The translations under genes were made by a program, and so were the position numbers. Shown here piece by piece: positions 50,578 through 59,372 of a stretch of 59,372 nt of DNA. The stretch covers positions 332,755 through 392,126 of the forward strand of contig WELB01000027.1 of NCBI GenBank assembly GCA_009602725.1, given 5' to 3'. Under the pieces are notes generated by a model that was not told the DNA's origin, made no database searches, and was given only the letters and a program-made list of their open reading frames with translations. Numbering within the stretch: position 1 is the first letter of the stretch; each line of letters starts with the position of its first letter. The stretch is from Spirogloea muscicola (Eukaryota).

Positions 50578-51428
50578 AGGAGCTCGACCTGAGGGCCAGC
50601 CCGGACCTCGTCTGCCGCAACCTGCTCTGCGACCAGGTGCCGCCGCCGCCGCAGCCCCCGTGGCGCATCAGTTCTGCCGTAGCTTGACGTTCAAGGGTTC
50701 AGGGTCCAAGGGGTCAGGGTTTAGTGCGAGGTTGGCTTGGCGGGGTTTAGCCCAGCCCACTTGCTGCAGGGCAGCTCTGTGCCGTCTGGGCGGCCATTGC
50801 TAGCTGCCGGGAGTCCACACAGCTCGCTGCCGCGCCTTTGCCGGCTTCACCGTCGTTCGCTGGCCATCGTCACAGGCCGGGAGCCCCTGCGTCTGCCGCC
50901 TCGGCGCGGCCCTCAGCCGCCTGCCCAACCTGCGCGTCCTCGACCTCTCCCACAACCGGTGCAGCTTGCTCGCCGCAGCCCCCGGCTGCTGCATCACCTC
51001 TGCCACTGCAGCTGCCGCTTGCCGATTTAAAGACCTGGCCTACTCTGCATAACAGCGATTGCATGTGTAGTGCTTATGAAAGCCGAGCCATTGGCGAGCA
51101 GCCGCCATTGACAATTGGGTCTTGTCCTCACTATGACCTTTTACTGCGGTGCAGACTCCGGGCGCTCCCAGACAGTCTCTGGGGCCTTCAGCACCTGGAG
51201 GAGCTTGTCCTTGCCGGTTGTCACGAGCCCTGTCCGTTTTCTCACTCGTGCACGCATATTGCGGGGCCCGAAGGTACAAAGACGCCAGTGGCTCTTAAGT
51301 CATCCTCTGATGTGGTGCATCACCTCGCACTGAGATGCATGAGCTTGAGCTTGAGGTGCGCAGGAAATGAGCTAGAGCAATTGCCAAGGGCGGACGTGCA
51401 GCGGCTGACCAAGCTAAGGTCGGTCTGA
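50578..51428 (+). CDS. Small leucine-rich repeat protein, multi-exon, start in gap
   Basis: ELDLRASPDLVCRNLLCDQ|AGSPCVCRLGAALSRLPNLRVLDLSHN|RLRALPDSLWGLQHLEELVLA|GNELEQLPRADVQRLTKLRSV*. Confidence 0.75.
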
Positions 51429-51830
51429 GCGAGTCTCACACAAACCCTAGGACCTCCCTCTCCCAAACAGGAACAGAATGCCATCAACCTCTTTCATTGC
51501 TAGAGCTCAAGCAAGTCATTGTCCAGCGCTAGGTATGTGCAGCCAGGGGGCTTTGCAGCGAAGCTCCTCACATGCACTCATGATGCTTGACGAGCACCTC
51601 CACCTCTGTCGCCATCACCCTGCTGCATCTGTGGAGTTGGCGCAGGTCTTTGGATGTGACCTGCAGCTCGAATAACCACAAGAACTCTAACGCGCAGTCA
51701 TAACGTGGAAGCCTCTGGAACACTGGAAGAGTCTTCCTTTTGGACATAATCTCGTCAGTCCAATCAATAAGGAACGAGCATGCGTTTGCAGCCCCCAAGT
51801 CGTGCAGTGTTGGCCCCTCGTTTCCAGGAA

Positions 51831-54819
51831 TCAGTGTTGAGTCTGCCCTTTTACAGCCTCGAGCACAGCCGAAAAGTCACTGTCCCCCTGGCCGGCCTCC
51901 TTGGCTGCCTTGAAATGCTCATTGGCGGCGGCCGCCACTGGCAGCGGCTGCGCTACCTCTGCGCCCAGCTCCAGTGCAAGCCGCAGGTCCTGCCACAAGT
52001 GCGTGATGCAGCTTGTCAAGTTGGCAGAAACGTGAACGCAGAGTAAATTGCTATATCCTCTCAAGCCTGGTTTCTCATTCGCAAATCCTGCAAGAAACCC
52101 TCCAACCTGCATGCAGCAGTCAACTGTCCTGACGGATATTTAGTAAGTGCAAGTGCTCTGAGAACAAGAGCAGCGGCAGTAACAGACCTTCTGCTGATGC
52201 TTGAGTGGAAAGGCTGGCGGGTACAATGCCTTGAGCATGGCTGGGCCCTTGAGCGCAAACATGGGTGTCGCAATGGCGCCCTGTGACACGACCTGCATAC
52301 CCGCCATGAAAAGCAACACACAAGCCGGCAGGTCATGCTGTGGTCTGCTCACAGCCATTGCCAGGAATCACCTCAAGGTTGCTGGCCCCAATTGGTGCTG
52401 CCGCACTGGTCCATACCTCAAGGATCTGCGTGGGGTCGAGACCTGCCTTCTCGCCAAGCGCCAGCCCCTCGGAGAACGATGCCATTATGCTGGAAGACGA
52501 GGGTGCCAAAAGTTCTGGCAAGTCACGTGCAAAGCAAGACTGCCAGATAGCAACTGAACAAGTGCCACCCAAGGAAACTGTAAAAGTGATCTCCTAATAT
52601 GTACTGCAGCTTTCAAGCCTCCCCGTGCCCTCCGTGTTCAGAAGTGGGTGGCGCACAATGACTGACCTCCCCATGACCATGTTGACGACCAGCTTCATGG
52701 CTGCGCCCTTGCCAACTTCCCCCAGGAAGAAACTTGACTGCATATGCAACATGACAAAGTAGCCGTGTAGACTTGTGTGAAGAGCCTGAGTATAAGGAAG
52801 TGACGAGGGAGGTCATATGGTTCTGCCACTTGAGGGGAGGTAGCGCATGCCAGGAGCACAGGCCTGCTCTAGAATGTGGTCATGTTAAGTTGCTGCATCA
52901 GTATTGTGATTCAGAGGTGCGGAAGCACCTTGCCCATGACGTCGAGGGCCGGCGAGGCCTCGTCAAATAGCTCGCGGTCACCTGCGCAAGAGACCATGCG
53001 TACACGAGCATCGTGGGTGCCAGGCATTGGACTCTGACGTGGGCGTGCAACTGCGGTCTCAGGGCGAAAGCAGCTCACCGCCAGTGAGGAAGATGAGAGT
53101 GCCGTCCTCGGCGGGCTTCTTGGAGCCTGAGACCGGGGCCTGTTGGAAGTCGCCAGCACGGCATTGCCATCAGCACAGTATTCAAAGCCCTCCTTGGCAC
53201 GCAATCTCAAACGACTTCGGACTCGCACATGAGCACTCTGACTGCCACCCAACCTCGAGATACGTCGCCCCAGCCGCTCGCACCCCCTTGGAGATGGCCT
53301 GCGCCGTCTGCGCGTCCACTGTTGACACATCTATGTACCTGGAGCACAGCTGGCGCAGCGCCCGGCTGCCAGCGTTCAGATCCCAGCACTGCACTTGGCA
53401 CCTTGCATGCCAATGGCAGCCATGCATCCCATCGAGTCAATGCTGAAGCAGGGATGACAATCCTTCACCGAGCTGTTCGGTGTCCTGGCGGGCAAAGTGC
53501 GGTCATACCCTTTCCCTGGGCCTAGGCCGTGGACGGCCCCGTTTTCACTGCACGCCACCTCCATCTGCATGGCACACACAGTAGATGTATCTGTGAGTGG
53601 CTCTTCTGTGCAACTACGTCACCCCAAAATGTGGTCCTTAAATAGACTTGGCAAGACAGCAACCATTGTGCATGGTGCTCTGGGTGCAGACAGAATCCAT
53701 GGTGCTGGTTTCAAATGCGAGGGTCTACAGATTGAGTTTGCGTGACTCTTGTGACTGTCAAGCTAAGTTTCATAGCCAAAGGATTAAGAGGTTTGTGGCA
53801 GCCGCCACGGGCACACTCACCGCCCCTGCTGGGTCGGCCAGCATGGCGAAGGTGAGCTGGCACGCTGCTGCGACCTCCCTGGGGCTCGCGCCTTGCCTGC
53901 CGGTCACCGCCATCGCGGCACCGGAAGCTTGCGCCAAATTAGAGCAAGGGAGCTGATGGACAGACTGCTACACCGAAGAGCAATGCCTGCAGGAGCCAGG
54001 AGCTGCAGGAGTCGCCGTCTAGCTATCTTGGCGGTGGCACCGCGGCAACAGCTGCATGATCAGACCCCGTGCAGACCACGTCGAGGGCGAGAGGCTGCCC
54101 AGGCGGCATGGAGGGCGTCAGTACGTCAAGTCGGGGGTGCACTAAGCATTGTGGCAGTGTCTCACTTGGCGCCCGCGTCCAGCAGAGGCTGGCACTTGGC
54201 GGCGGACCGGTTCCACACGGTAACGTCGTACCTGCTCAGGCAATCCCAACACCGTCGCCGGAGCATGTCAGGGCGCCAGGCTGCGGCAATGGGCAGACCC
54301 AGATGGGCTCGATGACCGCCGCTCGACCAACGCTGGCTTGAGCAACGCCACAGCGGCGGAAGACGTTGCAATTGAATCTTGTAATGAACTACGATCTGCA
54401 GCACCATATTCCTTGGACATCTTAGCGGCTTGCTCTGGGCGCTGGTGGTGGACGCACCCGGCGGCGAGCAGGTTGCGGGCCATCGCGGTGCCCATGATGC
54501 CGAGGCCCAGCCAGCCGATGCTCGGCTTGGCGGCCGACGTCGCCGACGCTGCCGCCGCTGGGGACGCCGCTGCGAAAAGCTCGCCCGGAAGCGCTCCAAG
54601 TCAGAGGGCCGCAATTATGATTACTTTCATTCGGGTATGTATTTGATAACGTTTCTCAAGCGCGTCACAACGCCAGAGACCCCTCCTGACGAGCAGCGTC
54701 CGGCGGCCGGCGGTGGCCGTCGCTGCCAGGGTTTGGGGGTTTTAGGCTCACCGCCGGCGGCCTGCGGAGCCTCGCCCGCCGAGGCCGAGCGCCGCGCCGC
54801 CGCGGAGGCCGGCGGCGGC
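51831..54819 (-). CDS. GLYR2: Glyoxylate/succinic semialdehyde reductase (GLYR2-like, probably plastid), multi-exon, start in gap
   Basis: IGWLGLGIMGTAMARNLL; YDVTVWNRS; YIDVSTVD; EAPVSGSKKPAEDG; AAMKLVVNMVMG; FPLKHQQKDLRLAL; DFSAV; Ala-rich N-terminal extension. Confidence 0.9.
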
Positions 54820-55737
54820 NNNNNNNNNNNNNNNNNNNNNNNNNNNNNNNNNNNNNNNNNNNNNNNNNNNNNNNNNNNNNNNNNNNNNNNNNNNNNNNNN
54901 NNNNNNNNNNNNNNNNNNNNNNNNNNNNNNNNNNNNNNNNNNNNNNNNNNNNNNNNNNNNNNNNNNNNNNNNNNNNNNNNNNNNNNNNNNNNNNNNNNNN
55001 NNNNNNNNNNNNNNNNNNNNNNNNNNNNNNNNNNNNNNNNNNNNNNNNNNNNNNNNNNNNNNNNNNNNNNNNNNNNNNNNNNNNNNNNNNNNNNNNNNNN
55101 NNNNNNNNNNNNNNNNNNNNNNNNNNNNNNNNNNNNNNNNNNNNNNNNNNNNNNNNNNNNNNNNNNNNNNNNNNNNNNNNNNNNNNNNNNNNNNNNNNNN
55201 NNNNNNNNNNNNNNNNNNNNNNNNNNNNNNNNNNNNNNNNNNNNNNNNNNNNNNNNNNNNNNNNNNNNNNNNNNNNNNNNNNNNNNNNNNNNNNNNNNNN
55301 NNNNNNNNNNNNNNNNNNNNNNNNNNNNNNNNNNNNNNNNNNNNNNNNNNNNNNNNNNNNNNNNNNNNNNNNNNNNNNNNNNNNNNNNNNNNNNNNNNNN
55401 NNNNNNNNNNNNNNNNNNNNNNNNNNNNNNNNNNNNNNNNNNNNNNNNNNNNNNNNNNNNNNNNNNNNNNNNNNNNNNNNNNNNNNNNNNNNNNNNNNNN
55501 NNNNNNNNNNNNNNNNNNNNNNNNNNNNNNNNNNNNNNNNNNNNNNNNNNNNNNNNNNNNNNNNNNNNNNNNNNNNNNNNNNNNNNNNNNNNNNNNNNNN
55601 NNNNNNNNNNNNNNNNNNNNNNNNNNNNNNNNNNNNNNNNNNNNNNNNNNNNNNNNNNNNNNNNNNNNNNNNNNNNNNNNNNNNNNNNNNNNNNNNNNNN
55701 NNNNNNNNNNNNNNNNNNNNNNNNNNNCGGCGGCGCC

Positions 55738-56016
55738 ATGACGCCGGGCGGCAGCGGCGGCGGCGGCATCGGCGGCGCGCCGAGATGCAAGCGCGCGCGC
55801 AACTGGAGCCTGTCCGACACGCTGCTGCTCATGGCGGCCAAGCGCGAGGCGGGGCCCCGGGAGCGCGGCGTGACGTGCATGGAGAAGTGGACGCACATCC
55901 ACGCCCTGTGCGAGCGCCTGGGCGTGCGCGACCGCGACGTGCACCACGTCCGCCGCCGCTACGAGAACGTGCTCAAGGACTACAATCGCATCGCCGAGCA
56001 CCAGCGCCGCCTAGGC

Positions 56017-56047
<31 letters not shown>

Positions 56048-56787
56048 ACTACTGGGAGATGCGCGAGGAGGAGCGCGCCACCGCCGGCCTGCCGCTGCAC
56101 TACGAGCGGCGCTACTACGACGCGCTCTGCGAGATGCAGCAGAGCGTGCGGCGCTCGTCGGAGGCCGGCGACGACGACCTCCAGGTCGTCGTCGTCCACA
56201 GCGGCAACGACCACCACCTCGACCGCATCGCTGCCGGCATCGAGGCGACGAGCTCGCCGATCCAGCCGTCGCCATTGCCGCAGGCGTTGCCAATCGGCAG
56301 CGGCACGGTGCTGCAGCCGCCGCTGGCACTCGGAGTCCCGTCACAACAGCAGCGCCAGTTCAAGCGGAGGCGGTACTTCGATGCCAGCGAACCACCGGGT
56401 GCTTACGTGGGTCGCGAGCGCTCCTCGCCAGGAGCTGGCGTCAACGGTGACAGCGGCAGGGCTGGCCCAGGGTCGCAGTCCAGCGAGGCTGCCAAGGAGG
56501 CGCGGCACCAGGCGCTCATGGAGATGGAGCGAGAGAAGCTGGAGTCACAACGGCAGGCAACCGAGGTGTTCACGGCCGCCATGCGGCAGCTTGCGCAGGC
56601 TGTCGACCGCCTCGTCGACCGCCTGTCACTACCACCCCTTGCCAGTACGCTTGGCGGCGATGTTGGAAGTGGCGGCCATGGCAGTGGCGGCAGCGGCCCC
56701 GTTGGCAGCGGCGGCGGCGGTGGCATTGAGGATGCTGGAGTAGTGGACCTGGAGGGCGGAGGTGGCCACGCAGCTGTTGAGCAGTAG
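55738..56787 (+). CDS. Trihelix (Myb/SANT-like) transcription factor, intronless as seen
   Basis: RNWSLSDTLLLMAAK...EKWTHI...RRRYENVLKDYNRI...DYWEMREEERATAGLPLHYERRYYDAL (ASR3/SH4-like pattern), plus a C-terminal coiled coil. Confidence 0.85.
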
Positions 56788-58187
56788 CGATCATGTGACC
56801 ATTCGTCTCGAGTTGGCTCTGAGAAGTAGCAACAGCTTCCACGCAATTGCTCACTTGTACCTTGTGTTGCTCCCCTGCCTGTTGATGCCTTTCCACTCAA
56901 TGTCCCTTGAAAGGCTCCTTGAAGAGCTCAGCAAAATTGCAAGGCAGTCCCAAACCATTGCCCTCCTCTTATCAGTTCCTCAATTGTGATAATTTTACCT
57001 CACAAACTAGTTCATGATACAGAGCAAGGGCAGTCATGGAGGTCTTCGTGGCCACTCTGTTCCCACGGGCAGCAAGTGCAGGCCTGAAGTAACAACAATA
57101 CGCGTAGTCAAGGCAGTGTGCCAGTTGCTAATGCTCACGGTGCAGCTGGGAACGCCAAGGGATTGGCAATATTGCCACTTCTAATGGCAGGTGGCTGCCT
57201 GCCAGCCATAAGCAGGCGCCGATTGCAAGCCTGTCCTGCAGAATCACTCAGTGCCGCCTGCGTACTGGTGCGCCTGCGCACTGGTGGAGTGCATGTTGCC
57301 AGAAAGCCGGGACTTGCCACAGAGGCTTGAGATATGCGCCTCATTGCGTACGCTATTGGTCAAAGTGCCGTAAATTGCTGAAAGGCTCAGTCACCAGTTG
57401 CCTTGCCCCCCTTTAAGTAAGAGTCGCCATTCATACTCAGGAGCAATTGACAATGTCCAAGCACAAGCAAGAGCAGGCCGGAACTGCACAATAGCATGCT
57501 GCAAGCACTTATAGTAGCAATCCTTGCGCCCTTCGTTGCTCCTGATAACAAACACTCCTGCACATTGACGATCAACGAACTCCTTTTAAGACCTCTCGTT
57601 AGAATCATCATCACAGCATCACTGTAGGGGCAGTGGCAACAGAGTGCAACAAGGCAAGAGCTGTAGTACCTGTGGCAGGAAAGGCAGCAGTTGCAGCGGC
57701 ACCACAATGAGTGCCATAAACCTTAGCCGCCAGCCAGTGAGGAGTCTAAAGCCAGCCAGCTCTCCTAGCATAGAAACACTCGTGGTTGAAATACTTCAAG
57801 CTAGGCAGTTCCCCTATGCCCCACCGGAAGCAGCAGATGCCACCCTTGCAGAGGCGGGCCCCAGCACCCCTCAAGCAATACCAATGGCTTATCTGTGAGG
57901 GCAGGCGCATAGGGCAACGCCTGCACAATTGTGCACAGTTGTCGTCAGCGTAAAATTTGTGGAGCTTGTGCTATTTGTGCTGCTCTACTTCCACGTTGCA
58001 GCCAGTGAAAATCGCATGGTGGCGGGCTGCAGCAGTAAGCTAGATACAACAGATGGATGGTGGGTCAAAATACTCACATTAATGTCATAAGCTTGATCTG
58101 AAAAGGAGGCTGGCATGGTGGGGTTCGGAGTGGAAGTGCAGCCTAGCAAGGCCGAGTGAAAAGTACAGCGCGGCACAGCGGCCCTGC

Positions 58188-59372
58188 TTATGCTCCATGC
58201 GGCTCGTGGAAGGGGGCCGGCTGCTGCGGCGGGGGTGGCGGAGGGTCACTGTCTGCCGAGGCGACCCTGTCACCCGCTTCTGTCACACCTTCTGCAGCGA
58301 CCTCTGTAGCAGTGACCGCCGGCCCCACCACTGCTGCCGCCGTCATGGCCGTTGCCACAGGTGGCAGGCGCTCGGCAAGGCGCGAGACGGCCTGCGCAAG
58401 CAGTAGGATGGCGCCCGCGAACACCTCGTTTGCCTGTTTCTGCGCCTCCAGCTTCTCGCGCTTCAGCGCCACAAGCTGCCCATGCCGCGCATCCTCATGC
58501 GCTGCCGCCAGCAGAGAGGGCACTGTAGCTGCCGTCGCAGCAGCAGCCACTGTCACTACTGCTGGCAAGGCTGAGCGGTCACTGCCACTGCCGCCGCCAC
58601 CACCTAGTCCACCACCTCCGCCGCCGCCGTCGTGTGTCCTTGGCACACCGCTCTCGCTCTGGCCGTTCTCCAGGAGCCGCCGCCGCTTGCGCTGCCCAGG
58701 GAGGCCGTCGCCGCGGCCTGCGCGCGGCTGCCGGACGGCGTCCGCTGCCCCCTCTCCAGCGTGCCCGGGCAGCGCCAGCGGCTGCGACGAGCCGGCAATG
58801 CGGAGCTGCGGGCGGCGCGGCGGCCGCAGCTGCACGCCCGTCATGGCCTCGTAGTAGCGGAGGTCGAAGTGGCGCGGCAGGCCGGCGCGCACGCGGTCGC
58901 CCTCGGTCATTACGAAGTAGTTGGCCCCGGGGTAGCGCCGCTGGTACTGCGTGATGCGGTTGTACTCCTTGAGCACCGTCTCGTAGCGCCGGCGCACGTG
59001 CTGCACGTCGCGGCCCCGCACGCCCAGCCGCTCCGCCAGCTCGTGCACCTGGCCAAGGCCGAGCTCCGTCTGGATGAGACCACTATTTGCAGCAGCGACA
59101 GCCGCAGCGGCAGCCGCCGGAGCGGGGACAGTGGCAACGGCAGCGTCGCGGACGGAGGCGCAGGCACTGGGAAGGTGGCCCGGAGTTGCTAACCTGGCAC
59201 CACTTCTCGAGGAAGGTGGTGCCGGGGTGGCGCGGGCCCGCCTCCTTGATGGCCGTCAAGACCAGGAGCGTGTCCGCCAGGCTCCAGTTGTGCGACCGGT
59301 CGCGCCGGCTGCTGCCCTCGCCGCCGCTGCCGCCGCCGCCGCCGTCCTTGCCGGGCGGCGTCGCCTCCGCGG
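58188..59372 (-). CDS. Trihelix transcription factor paralogue, 2 exons, 5' end beyond window
   Basis: HNWSLADTLLVLTAIKEAGPRHPGTTFLEKWCQ|VHELAERLGVRGRDVQHVRRRYETVLKEYNRI...NYFVMTEGDRVRAGLPRHFDLRYYEAM; intron at 59193-59049. Confidence 0.85.

Overview
This is eukaryotic, intron-rich, plant-lineage DNA. The gene set (ELF4-like, trihelix factors, FAd, CSP41b, plastid GLYR) and the GC profile suggest a streptophyte green alga; that is an inference. The draft assembly has N-gaps and homopolymer artefacts at GC-rich gene starts. About 12 host genes are recognisable: DNA polymerase lambda, a thioredoxin-SHP-UBX fusion, EF1B-gamma, CSP41b, an F-box/LRR/TPR protein, ELF4-like, mitochondrial ATP synthase FAd, a plant-conserved unknown protein, a divergent ubiquitin E1, a small LRR protein, GLYR2-like, and two tail-to-tail trihelix paralogues. 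The intergenic islands hold (a) three decayed gag-protease LTR-retrotransposon copies, with C5 cytosine methyltransferase fragments abutting them at two separate loci, one folded into a ~440-bp palindrome; (b) many stacked 3' ends of an RLE-type (CRE/R2-group-like) non-LTR element, with a conserved 3'UTR stem-loop seen about 15 times; and (c) a clean solo LTR with a 5-bp target-site duplication. Multi-exon gene coordinates are start-to-stop spans, and exon joins were inferred by eye.
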